A program made the position numbers and the translations under genes. A stretch of 64,000 nt of DNA from Acidimicrobiia bacterium (GTDB lineage Bacteria > Actinomycetota > Acidimicrobiia > Acidimicrobiales > JACDCH01), in contig JBQTIQ010000008.1 in assembly GCA_052387955.1 (NCBI GenBank), forward strand, positions 4,553 through 68,552, read 5' to 3'. Shown piece after piece: positions 11,609 to 20,521 of this stretch (within the stretch, counting starts at the first letter, position 1; every line of letters begins with the position of its first letter). The notes under the pieces are model-generated. The model searched no databases. It saw only the letters and a list, made by a program, of their open reading frames with translations, and was not told the DNA's origin.

Positions 11609-11637
11609 TTGTAACCTCACCGAAAGCGGTCTACCTT
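11609..11637 (+). promoter_or_regulatory. sigma-A-like promoter TTGTAA-17nt-TACCTT
   Basis: Near-consensus -35/-10 with 17-nt spacing inside an AT-enriched patch; no credible + strand CDS follows. Confidence 0.55.
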
Positions 11638-11643
11638 GGTTGC

Positions 11644-11830
11644 TTGATTTCGTAAAGATGTCTAAGCGCTGGCCCCCCACCCGCTAGCGCTGGACAATCG
11701 CCCGATGTGCTGCCTGCGGCGAGCCGGAACTCGTCCGCCCGCGCCCGACTCGCCCGGGCAGCGCATCGGGCCCCTTCGCGTTACGGGCGAGGTGGGTACG
11801 CCCCTTGATACCCGCTCCTGCCACGGCCCG
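11644..11830 (+). ncRNA. candidate structured small RNA
   Basis: Upstream promoter; C-loop hairpin agcgctgg/ctagcgct; 16-bp stem cccgatgtgctgcctg/cgggcagcgcatcggg with an inner stem; 3' hairpin ggtgggta/tacccgct. Confidence 0.45.
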
Positions 11831-11835
11831 ACTGA

Positions 11836-12462
11836 TCAGCCCAGTTCGCGGCGGCCTTCGAGCGCCCGGCCCAGCGTGAGCTCGTCGGCGTACTCGAGGT
11901 CACCTCCCACCGGCAGGCCGCTGGCGATCCGCGTCACCTTGAGTCCCATCGGCTGCAAGAGGCGCCCGAGGTACAGGGCGGTGGCCTCTCCCTCGATGTT
12001 CGGGTTGGTGCACAGGATCACCTCGGTGACGTCTTCGGGACCGAGCCGGGCCAACAGCTCCCTGATCCGCAGCTGTTCGGGCCCGACACCTTCGATCGGG
12101 CTGATCGCCCCCCCCAGGACGTGGTACCGGCCCCGGTAGTCCCCGGTGCGCTCGACGGCGACCACGTCTCGAGGTTCTTCCACCACGCAGACCATGGCTG
12201 TGTCGCGGCGGGAGTCGGTGCAGATCCCGCACTCGCTGCCGGCCGGGTCGTCGGGCCTTCCCTCGGCGATGTTGAAGCACCGCTGGCAGAAGGTCACCCG
12301 TTCCTTGACCTCGGCGATCCGGCGAGCAAGGCGCACGGCATCCTCGCGCGGCAACTTGAGCACGTGGAAGGCAATGCGCTGGGCCGACTTCGGACCGATC
12401 CCGGGTAGCCGCCCGAGCTCGTCGATGAGGTCCTGGACCGGGCCCGCGTAAGCGCTTCCCAT
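11836..12462 (-). CDS. recR: recombination mediator RecR
   Basis: [12 protein letters not shown]4 zinc finger, Toprim [18 protein letters not shown]. Confidence 0.96.
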   Translation of the reverse strand: MGSAYAGPVQDLIDELGRLPGIGPKSAQRIAFHVLKLPREDAVRLARRIAEVKERVTFCQRCFNIAEGRPDDPAGSECGICTDSRRDTAMVCVVEEPRDVVAVERTGDYRGRYHVLGGAISPIEGVGPEQLRIRELLARLGPEDVTEVILCTNPNIEGEATALYLGRLLQPMGLKVTRIASGLPVGGDLEYADELTLGRALEGRRELG

Positions 12463-12510
12463 CTTCTTCAGCCCCCGGCCGACGGCGCGCCAGGGGCCCG
12501 AGAGCCCAGC

Positions 12511-12918
12511 TCAGCCAAACAGGCCGCCCAGGTCGATCCCGCCCGGGCCGGTCACGTCGCCGAGGGCATCGGCCTGTGCCTCCTGCATGCGGGCGGTGAG
12601 ATCGTGCAGGGCTGCCAGCACCAGGTCTTGGACCATGTCGGCGTCGGCCCCTTCGAGGGCTTCGGGGCTGATCGTGACCGACTCGAAGCGGAGATCGCCG
12701 GTGGCCCGGACGACGACCGCGCCGCCGCCGGCCCGGCCTTCGTAGATCTGGGACCTTGCATCCTGGACCCGCTGGAAGCTCTCGAGGATCCCGCCGAGAT
12801 CGGGCATCGCCCCCGCCATCGCGGCCAGATCGGGCAGGCCCTCCAGGTCGGGCGGCACCCGCCGCACGTCGAGCCCGGCGTCCGGCTCGATCTCGTCGTC
12901 ATGGCCGGCGTCGGTCAC
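12511..12918 (-). CDS. ybaB: YbaB/EbfC nucleoid-associated protein
   Basis: EGRAGGGAVVV...QDLVLAAL; located between dnaX and recR. Confidence 0.85.
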   Translation of the reverse strand: MTDAGHDDEIEPDAGLDVRRVPPDLEGLPDLAAMAGAMPDLGGILESFQRVQDARSQIYEGRAGGGAVVVRATGDLRFESVTISPEALEGADADMVQDLVLAALHDLTARMQEAQADALGDVTGPGGIDLGGLFG

Positions 12919-12956
12919 TGGTGCACCATCGTTTGTGATCCTCCCGGGTGACCGGT

Positions 12957-13012
12957 CGACAGCGCGAGCGCCAGCGAGCCGGGCGACGATGGGGACCGGG
13001 GGCGCAGCCCCC
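12957..13012 (-). repeat. intergenic repeat family A copy
   Basis: Reverse complement of ggggctgcgcccc...catcgtcgcccggctcgctggcgctcgcgctgtcg. Confidence 0.8.
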
Positions 13013-13024
13013 GAGCAGGAACGG

Positions 13025-14773
13025 TCACGGCTCCTCCTCTATCAGCTGGGCCCCCGGGAACGCCTCGGCCAGACGGTCGAGGCCGCTGCGGTGGTCCGGG
13101 GCCGCGTCCGCCAGCTGGTGGACGTCCTCGATCTCTTCGGGCCGGGACTCGTCGGCGCCGGCGGGCTCGGCCCGGTCGGCGGCGCCGGCAGCAGGGTGCT
13201 CCTCGACCACCAGCACGAGCGGCACCGGCCGTCCGAAATGGGCCGCCAGCGCTCGTTCGACCTCCGGGCGCTGTTCCTCGCAGCGCTTCCGATGGGGTTC
13301 GTTGGGCAGCGCGAAACGGGCGCCGGCGCCATCGACCGACACGAACCGGCCCACCGAGTACCGGGCCTTGACGGTGCGGGGCAGCGCTCCCAGCACCGTG
13401 TCTCCCCACGCCAACGTCAGCTGGTCGCGGCTCGGGAGCCCGGCGCTGTCGGGCGGCGCAGCCGCAGGCGGCGGACCGAGCTGCCGCGGTGGTTCCTCGG
13501 CGCCGGCAGCGCCGGCACCGTCGGGCGGCGCGGTCGGCAGCGCCGGCGGGATGGCTCCCGCCTGGCGGGCCTGCCGGAGTACCTGGCGGGCGGCGGCCGC
13601 CGGCCGGGTGGCCTCTGCCGGCGATGCGTCCTGCGACCCCGCCGGCCAGGGCCCGCCGGCCTCGAGGCCAGCGCCGGCAATGGTCCGTTCGAGACGCTCG
13701 ATGCGCTCGAGCAGGGCCGCGGTTGTCGTGTCGGCCTCGGGGACGGCGATTCGCACCAGAGCGGTCTCGAAGAGGATCCGGGGGTCGGGGGTCTCGGGCG
13801 CCTTGCTCAGGGCCTCGCCCAGCACCTCGAGCGAACGGGTCAGGAACGACCGTTCCACCCGTTCGGACAAGGCCACCGCTCGGTCGCGATCGGCGTCGGA
13901 GAGATGGTCGAGCGGGGCCTTCATGGCGGCCAGGAAGACGTCCCGGAGGCGTTCGATGAGGCGTTGGGCCAGGGTGCGGGGGTCGCGCCCGGCGGACACC
14001 GACTCAGCCACCGATGACAACAGTCGGCCGATGTCGCGCTCGATCAAGCCGTCGACGAGGTCGTCGACGACAACGACCCGCTCGACCACACCGCCCGTGG
14101 CCACGACCTGGTCGAGAGCCGAGAGCGTGTCCCGGGCCGAGCCCGCCCCGACGCGCAGCACGTGCTCGATGGCATCGGGGCCGACGTCGAGGCCGGCGTC
14201 GGCGATGACCCAGCGCACCAACTCGTCGAGATCGGCGGTCGACAGCAGGTGGAACTCGTAATGCTGGGCCCGGCTCTTGATCGTCGAGCGCACCTTCTGC
14301 GGATCGGTGGTGGCCAGCACGAACACGACGTGGGCGGGGGGCTCCTCGAGCGTCTTCAGCAGGGCGTTCTCGGCCGCCTCGGTGAGCATGTGGACCTCGT
14401 CGAGGATGTAGAGCTTGGTCCGCCCACCCGACACCATGGCGGCGCTCTCGATGAGCCGGCGGATGTCGTCGATCCCGCGGTTCGAAGCGGCGTCGAGCTC
14501 GTGGACGTCGAAGCTGGTCCCGGCCTCGACGGCCACGCACGAGGCGCATTCGAGACACGGTTCTCCGTCGACCGGAGCGGTGCAGTTGAGCACCTTGGCC
14601 AGGATCCGGGCCGTGCTGGTCTTGCCCGTGCCCCGGGGGCCCGAGAACAGGTAGGCATGGCCGACGCGGCCGTCGCGGACCGAGTTCCGCAACGCGGTGG
14701 TGACGTGTGGTTGGCCCCTGACCTCGGAGAACCGGCGCGACCGGTAGCGCCGGTACAGGGACTGGTACGCCAT
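13025..14773 (-). CDS. dnaX: DNA polymerase III subunit gamma/tau
   Basis: MAYQSLYRRYR, GPRGTGKTS, DEVHML, LLKTLEEPP. Confidence 0.95.
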   Translation of the reverse strand: MAYQSLYRRYRSRRFSEVRGQPHVTTALRNSVRDGRVGHAYLFSGPRGTGKTSTARILAKVLNCTAPVDGEPCLECASCVAVEAGTSFDVHELDAASNRGIDDIRRLIESAAMVSGGRTKLYILDEVHMLTEAAENALLKTLEEPPAHVVFVLATTDPQKVRSTIKSRAQHYEFHLLSTADLDELVRWVIADAGLDVGPDAIEHVLRVGAGSARDTLSALDQVVATGGVVERVVVVDDLVDGLIERDIGRLLSSVAESVSAGRDPRTLAQRLIERLRDVFLAAMKAPLDHLSDADRDRAVALSERVERSFLTRSLEVLGEALSKAPETPDPRILFETALVRIAVPEADTTTAALLERIERLERTIAGAGLEAGGPWPAGSQDASPAEATRPAAAARQVLRQARQAGAIPPALPTAPPDGAGAAGAEEPPRQLGPPPAAAPPDSAGLPSRDQLTLAWGDTVLGALPRTVKARYSVGRFVSVDGAGARFALPNEPHRKRCEEQRPEVERALAAHFGRPVPLVLVVEEHPAAGAADRAEPAGADESRPEEIEDVHQLADAAPDHRSGLDRLAEAFPGAQLIEEEP

Positions 14774-14909
14774 CGGGACGATGCTACCGAGCGGGGTCCC
14801 TGGCCATGCCGTACGGCCGGCCCCCTGGGCGCCGCCTCGGCGCCGACGCTGTCGTCGTGGGCGCTGCCCGGTTCGGCGACGGCCACCGACGGCCACTAAC
14901 GTGACGGGT

Positions 14910-15043
14910 CCCCGCCTTCCCATGTGGCGGCCGGGCCCTGTGCAACTGCAGGCCGTGAACCGAGTCAGGGCCGGGAGGCAGCAGCTCTCAGCGGGCCCTG
15001 CGGTGTGCCGCAGACAGCCTGGCCGCCACTTGGGAAGGCGGGG
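14910..15043 (+). ncRNA. ffs: SRP RNA (4.5S)
   Basis: Helix-8 core gaaccgagtcagggccgggaggcagcagc; long terminal stem ccccgccttccca/tgggaaggcgggg; TAACGT -10 box at 14897. Confidence 0.9.
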
Positions 15044-15080
15044 CTCCGTACGGGCCTTCGGTGACCGGCGGAGGCGTTCG

Positions 15081-15169
15081 GGAGGAATGCGAGAGCGGAC
15101 GAATCGGCACGCCTGGAGAGCGTGTGTGGGCCTCGCCCACCGTGGGTTCGAATCCCACTTCCTCCGCCA
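15081..15169 (+). tRNA. tRNA-Ser(GGA)
   Basis: Cloverleaf with long variable arm; anticodon loop CTGGAGA; GGTTCGAATCC; encoded CCA. Confidence 0.96.
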
Positions 15170-15358
15170 TCGCTGGGGGCTGCGCCCCGCTCGCTCCGCC
15201 ATCGCCGGGGGCTGCGCCCCCGCTCGCTCCGCTCGCGCCCCATCCCCGCCCGGCTCGCTGGCGCTTCCCCGCCCGGCTAGCTGGCGCTCGCTCGGTCGGT
15301 GCGGAGCGGCCGACGAGGGTTCGAAAGCGGTAGCGCCCGCTCCGCCATCCCGGGGGCT
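15162..15358 (+). repeat. tRNA-3'-end-linked repeats (ctccgccatcNNNgggggct, 3 copies)
   Basis: Copies at 15162, 15194 and 15340; a related module follows tRNA-Ser(CGA). Confidence 0.8.
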
Positions 15359-15506
15359 GTACCCGGCTTGCAGGGCCGCGGTCGACGATGTGTGCTGTTC
15401 GGCCGGACGGCCCCAGCGCCGCCCGGACGATCCCGTGCCAGGGTTCGGTGCGCCGAGGCGATCTCCTGCTCTGGAGATCCGCACCCGGGCATGGCAGCGT
15501 GCGGCG

Positions 15507-15956
15507 GTGCAGGACGACGAGTTGATGGCCCTGGCCCTCGAGGAAGCGGCGGCGGCGCCGGCGCATGGCGACGTGCCGGTGGGTGCCGTGGTCGTCCTCG
15601 ACGGCAGGGTGATCGCCCGGCGCCACAACGAACGGGAGCGCCAGGGCGACCCCACTGCTCACGCCGAGGTGCTGGCGGTGCGCGACGCCGTCGCCGTTGC
15701 CGGCCACGGCTGGCGGCTCGGTGGCGCCACCGTCGTGGTCACGCTGGAGCCCTGTCCCATGTGCGCGGGAGCGCTGGTGGCGGCCCGGGTGGCCAGGCTC
15801 GTGTACGGCGCCGCCGACCCCAAGGCGGGCGCCTGCGGCAGCCTCTACAACCTTTGCGCCGACCCGCGCCTGCACCACGAGGTCGCGGTGACGGCCGGGG
15901 TGCGGGCCGCCGATTGTGCCGCGCTGTTGTCGGACTTCTTCGCCACCCGACGCTGA
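15507..15956 (+). CDS. tadA: tRNA adenosine deaminase
   Basis: VPVGAV, TAHAEV, TLEPCPMCAGA, DPKAGA. Confidence 0.92.
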   Translation: MQDDELMALALEEAAAAPAHGDVPVGAVVVLDGRVIARRHNERERQGDPTAHAEVLAVRDAVAVAGHGWRLGGATVVVTLEPCPMCAGALVAARVARLVYGAADPKAGACGSLYNLCADPRLHHEVAVTAGVRAADCAALLSDFFATRR

Positions 15957-15978
15957 GACCCAGGCCTGCGGACCGGGG

Positions 15979-18117
15979 TCAGCTCACCGGCTCGAGTTCG
16001 TCGCGGCGCCGATCGGGCTCGCCCGGGCCCTTGCCGTCGGTGGTCTCGGGCCCCACGTCAGCGTGGCCCTCCACGTCGATGTCGGGCAACAGCCGGTCGA
16101 GCCATCGCGGCAGCCACCAGTTGCGGTCACCGAGCAGTTCCATGGTGGCCGGGACCAGGAGCATGCGCACGATGGTGGCGTCGATCAGCACGGCGACAGC
16201 GAGGCCGAGGCCGAAGAGCTTGATGATGCGGTCGGCTTCGAGCAGGAAGCTGCCGAAGACGAACACCATGATTGCGGCGGCGGCGGTGATGACCCGGGCG
16301 GTGGCGGCCAGGCCGTCGGCTACCGACGCATGGCTGTCGCCGGTGCGGTGCCACTCCTCCTTGACCCGCGACAGCAAGAAGACCTCGTAGTCCATGGAGA
16401 GGCCGAACACGATGGCGAACAGCATCATCGGCAGGAACGGCTCGATCGGCGCCTTCCCGATGCCGAGCAGGCTGCTCCCCCAGCCCCATTGGAAGATGGC
16501 GACGACGATGCCGAAGGCGGCGCCGATCGACAGCAGGTTCATCACGACGGCCTTGAGCGGTACCAGGACCGAACGGAACACCGTCATCAGGAGCAGGAAG
16601 GACAGCGTGAGCACGGCCGCGAAGAAGATCGGCAAGCGAGCCGAGAGGTACTGGGAGAAGTCGACCTGGATAGCGGTCGGCCCGCTCACGGCGATGTCGA
16701 GCGAACTGCCGGCTTCGGCGCCGGGCAACACGTCGGCACGAAGACGCTGCACCAGTGCGGTGGTGGCGTCGTCCTGGGGAGCGGTGGTCGGGAACACCCG
16801 CCACAGGGCGGCGGTGGGCTGATCGGGGTCGTTGGGCGTGGCTGGGCTGGCGAAGGCCACACCGGGTGTCGCCCGCAGTGCCTCGGTGACACGGTCGAGC
16901 GCTTCCTCGGGGGTGCCGGCTCCACCGATAGGCAGCCGTCTCGGCCCGGGGCTTGGCCGCCCGGCGGCGGACGGCGCGCCGCAGGGGGGCGAAGGCGAAG
17001 CTGGCCACCAGGACGACCGCAGCCAAGGGGAACCCGACGAGCATCGGCTGCACGTTCAGGCCGGCGCCGATCAATCCCAACGCCACCAGCCCGGCGGCCA
17101 CGAGACCCCGCCAACGGGTCAGCTCGACCCGTTCGCCGGCGAACCCGAGCAGGGCCGGGAGGAGCGTCAGCGAGGCCAGGGTGGTAGTGGCCACCACGCT
17201 GGCGGCGCCGATGGCGAGCCCGGAGATGAAGTTGATGTTCATCACCAGCATCCCGAGCATCGAGATGACCACGGTCGACCCGGCGAAGAGCACGGCCCGG
17301 CCGGCGGTGTCGAGGGCGATCCGCACCGACTCGCCCACCGAGTGGCCGGCGTGGAGCTGCTCTCGGAAGCGGGTGACGATGAACAGCGCGTAGTCGATGC
17401 CGACGCCGAAGCCGATCATCACGCCCAGCGTGGTGGCGAAGTCAGGGACCGTGAAGAAGTTCGACAGGAGGCCGACGAGAATGGTGCCGGCCCCGATCCC
17501 GGCCAGGGCCACCCCGACCGGCAGGCCCATGGCGAGCACTGACCCGAAGGCCAGCACCAGGATCACGATGGCGAAGGCGAGCCCGAACAGCTCGGAGGAG
17601 GGGGGCTCGAACCCGGCGAAGATGGCCCCGCCCAGCTCGATCTGCACACCTTCGATCGTCGGCTCGACGTCGCGGATGCCGTCCACCACCGACTGGGAGT
17701 TCTCGAAGTTGAACTCGGGGTCGAGCTCCACGGTGGCGTAGGCGATCTCACCCTCGGTGCAACCGACGAGATCCGCGAGTCCCCCTCGGGGCCGTACGGG
17801 CTCACCACCCGGTCGACGCCTTCGATCTCGGCTACTGCGGCCAGGAACGGTCCCATGACGGAGCGGACCGCGGGATCCTCGACGCCGCCGTCGGAGCGGA
17901 ACACGATCGAGCCGCTCTCGCCCGTGCTCTGTCCGCCGAAGCGCTCCTCGAGCACGTCGAGCCCCCGCTGGCTCTCGACGTTCGGGAGCTTGAACTCCGA
18001 GCGGGAATCGGCGCCCACCGCCCCCAGGACACCGCCGGCGACGACGAGCCCCACGAGCCACAACACCACGACCCGCCGACGACGGTCGTGGCACCACCCA
18101 CCGAGACGTGCGAACAC
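15979..18117 (-). pseudogene. MMPL/RND-family transporter, split over three reading frames
   Basis: GVGIDYALF and GLSMDYEVFL motifs lie in different frames; frameshift near 17760; apparent deletion/frameshift near 16918. Confidence 0.8.
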
Positions 18118-18207
18118 GGTTGGCGCCCATGATCGAGACAGGGCGAACCTGGCGACCGTACCGGCATCCTGCGCCTGCTCCTCCGGCAATTGGGCCATGA
18201 TCCTGGC

Positions 18208-18579
18208 GTGCTCGACCATGTCGCCATCCAGTGCGCCGACGTGACGACGGCGGCCGCCTACTACGACGCGGTGCTGGCCCCATTGGGCGGCACCCGCATC
18301 CTGGACTTCGGTGAGGTCATCGGCTTCGGCGTGCCGCCCATGCCCGACTTCTGGCTCGGCCCCCGACCCGTCGACCGCCAGGCCGGCGAGACCCACATCT
18401 GCTTTTCCGCCGCCGACCGGGCCGCCGTTCGGGCCTTCTTCGCCGCCGCGCTCGCCCATGGGGCCGAGGTGCTCCATGAGCCGCGTCCCTGGCCGGAGTA
18501 CCACCCGGGCTACTACGGGGCCTTCGTACGCGACCCGGACGGCAACAACGTCGAGGCCTGCTGTCACCGAGCGGAGTAG
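18208..18579 (+). CDS. VOC/glyoxalase family protein
   Basis: LDHVAI...YYDAVLAPLG...HICF...YYGAFVRDPDGNNVE. Confidence 0.88.
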   Translation: MLDHVAIQCADVTTAAAYYDAVLAPLGGTRILDFGEVIGFGVPPMPDFWLGPRPVDRQAGETHICFSAADRAAVRAFFAAALAHGAEVLHEPRPWPEYHPGYYGAFVRDPDGNNVEACCHRAE

Positions 18580-18599
18580 GGCCGGCCAGCCGGCCGTGC

Positions 18600-18700
18600 C
18601 TCCACCCCGATGACGGCCTCGATGACGAGGATGTCGGCCCCGTCGGCGGCCCGCGCCGCGAGCGGCCCGATGGCGCTGGCGCCGCCCTCACCGCCACGCT
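18600..18700 (-). pseudogene. possible cobB (cobyrinate a,c-diamide synthase) fragment
   Basis: Minus-strand reading AIGPLAARAADGADILVIEAVIGV resembles the CobB VIEGVMGL segment; adjacent to cobO. Confidence 0.35.
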
Positions 18701-18775
18701 CTCCGCACGACGTGGCGGGGTTTGGGACGTCGTGGTCCCCTGGCGCGAACCACCCGAGCAACGACAGGAGCTCCC

Positions 18776-19354
18776 ATGACCGCCAGCGCCCCCGGAGGGA
18801 TCCCCGTCGACGACCCCCGGCCCGACGACCTACGGCGGGCACCGTCGCTGGTGCTGGTCAACACCGGCAACGGCAAGGGCAAGACGTCGGCTGCCATCGG
18901 AGTCGTGGTCCGCGGCGTCGGCCGGGGCTGGTCGGTCGCCGTCGTCCAGTTCCTCAAGTCGGGCAACTGGAAGACCGGCGAGGAGAAGGTCTGCCGTCAG
19001 CTCGGGGTCGACTGGTGGACCTTGGGTGAAGGGTTCACGTGGGACTCCGCCGACCTCACCCTCGACCGAGCCGTCGCCGCCAGCGCCTGGGCCCACGCCA
19101 AAGCCCTCATCGATGCCGGCGACCACCAACTCGTCCTGCTCGATGAGGTCACCTACCCACTCAACTGGGGCTGGATCGGCGAAGAAGACCTCCTGGCCAC
19201 GATCCGCGACCGTCCCCGGCACGTCAACGTCATCTGTACCGGTCGCAACGCCCCCGACGCGCTCGTCGACCTCGCCGACACCGTTACCGACATGGGCGAG
19301 ACCAAGCACGCCTACAAGCAGGGCATCCGGGCCAAGAGGGGAATCGACTACTGA
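18776..19354 (+). CDS. cobO: cob(I)alamin adenosyltransferase CobO/BtuR
   Basis: NTGNGKGKTSAA, QFLKSG, LLDEV, TGRNAP, KHAY...GIDY; RBS aggag. Confidence 0.93.
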   Translation: MTASAPGGIPVDDPRPDDLRRAPSLVLVNTGNGKGKTSAAIGVVVRGVGRGWSVAVVQFLKSGNWKTGEEKVCRQLGVDWWTLGEGFTWDSADLTLDRAVAASAWAHAKALIDAGDHQLVLLDEVTYPLNWGWIGEEDLLATIRDRPRHVNVICTGRNAPDALVDLADTVTDMGETKHAYKQGIRAKRGIDY

Positions 19355-19431
19355 GAGGCGGCCGGTCGGGCCCACACCGGACGGTGCTGGCGTTAGGGTG
19401 CGAGCGACCGCGAGCAGTCGGAGGGAACGGC

Positions 19432-20292
19432 ATGCCCGAGCGCGACGGATACATCCCCGGCGTCCCCTGTTGGGTGGATACCAGCCAGCCCGATCCCGAC
19501 GCCGCCCTCCCCTTCTACCGCGGCCTGTTCGGATGGGACTTCGTGAACGTCATGCCCGAAGGGATGGAGGGCGACTACTACATCGGCCGCATACGCGGCG
19601 GGGACGTGGCTGCCGTCGGGTCCATCCCCGAAGGCACACCGCCGATGGCGATGTGGAACACGTACGTCTGGGTCGAGAGTGCCGCCGAGACCGCGACGAA
19701 GGCCCGCGACGCCGGCGGCGCGGTAGTGATCGAGCCGTTCGACGTCATGGACTCTGGCCGGATGGCTGTCGTCGCCGACCCCGAAGGGGTGGTGATCTGC
19801 GTCTGGCAGGCGAAGGACCACAAGGGGGCCAAGGTCGTCAACGAGCACGGCTCGCTGAACTTCAACGGCCTTGCCACTCGCGACCCCGACGGCGCGAAAG
19901 CCTTCTATGGCGCCGTCTTCGATTGGGAGACGTTGGCGTTGCCCACCGGAGCGATGTGGACGCTGCCCGGCTATGGCGACCACCTGGAGGAGAGCAGCCC
20001 GGGCCTTCGCGAGCAGATGGGACAGATGGGGGCGCCCGAGGGCTTCATCGACGTCGTCGCCGCGCTCAACCCGATCGCGGAGGACGACTCCGAGACGCCG
20101 GCGCACTGGAGCGTCACGTTCGCGGTCGACGACGCCGACGCCACGGCAGCAAAGGCGCGTGAACTCGGCGGCGAGGTCGTCGCCGGCCCGTTCGATGCCC
20201 CGTGGATCAGGATGGCGGTCATCAAGGACCCGCAGGGGGCACACTTCGTCGCCAGCCAGTTCGTCCCCGAGAACAAGGACCTCGGGGTGTAG
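19432..20292 (+). CDS. two-domain VOC/glyoxalase protein
   Basis: GVPCWVD, FYRGLFGW, GRMAVVADPEG, DPQGA. Confidence 0.85.
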   Translation: MPERDGYIPGVPCWVDTSQPDPDAALPFYRGLFGWDFVNVMPEGMEGDYYIGRIRGGDVAAVGSIPEGTPPMAMWNTYVWVESAAETATKARDAGGAVVIEPFDVMDSGRMAVVADPEGVVICVWQAKDHKGAKVVNEHGSLNFNGLATRDPDGAKAFYGAVFDWETLALPTGAMWTLPGYGDHLEESSPGLREQMGQMGAPEGFIDVVAALNPIAEDDSETPAHWSVTFAVDDADATAAKARELGGEVVAGPFDAPWIRMAVIKDPQGAHFVASQFVPENKDLGV

Positions 20293-20364
20293 CCCCCTCG
20301 GATGGCGGAGCAGGCGCTACCGCTCTCGGAGCGAGCGGGGGCGCAGCCCCCGGGGATGGCGGAG
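20285..20364 (-). repeat. tRNA-3'-linked repeat module
   Basis: ctccgccatccccgggggctgcgcccccgctcgctcc...agcggtagcgcctgctccgccatcc, matching parts of 15162-15358. Confidence 0.75.
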
Positions 20365-20446
20365 GGTGTGGGATTCGAACCCACGGTGACCTTGCGACCA
20401 CAACGGTTTTCGAGACCGTCCCATTCGTCCACTCTGGCAACCCTCC
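20357..20446 (-). tRNA. tRNA-Ser(CGA)
   Basis: Cloverleaf; anticodon loop CTCGAAA; long variable arm; encoded CCA. Confidence 0.96.
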
Positions 20447-20471
20447 GGGGACGGGAACCCTATCCGCTGGG

Positions 20472-20495
20472 CGAAACCGGCCGGCGCCGGTTTCG
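20472..20495. promoter_or_regulatory. palindrome cgaaaccgg-N6-ccggtttcg between the divergent tRNA and ABC genes
   Basis: Perfect 9-bp inverted repeat upstream of a TACCAT -10 box (20508). Confidence 0.4.
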
Positions 20496-20521
20496 ACAGT
20501 GATCCCTTACCATTCGCTCTG

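Noticed and set aside
11705-12139. + strand ORF downstream of the orphan promoter
   Set aside because: Mostly antisense to recR, no RBS and no protein-like composition
13025-14773. Programmed dnaX frameshift (gamma/tau)
   Set aside because: No A-rich slippery site seen
14830-15077. Large Alu-containing SRP RNA
   Set aside because: Extra GC pairing is possible, but the TAACGT -10 box at 14897 puts the likely 5' end near 14909 and no Alu motif was recognised
15162-15358. CRISPR-like repeats
   Set aside because: Only 2-3 degenerate units, no unique regularly sized spacers and no cas genes
18580-18775. Cobalamin riboswitch upstream of cobO
   Set aside because: No B12-box or other conserved aptamer motifs found
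15170-20356. Genomic island integrated at tRNA-Ser
   Set aside because: No integrase, no evident compositional shift, and it contains core tadA
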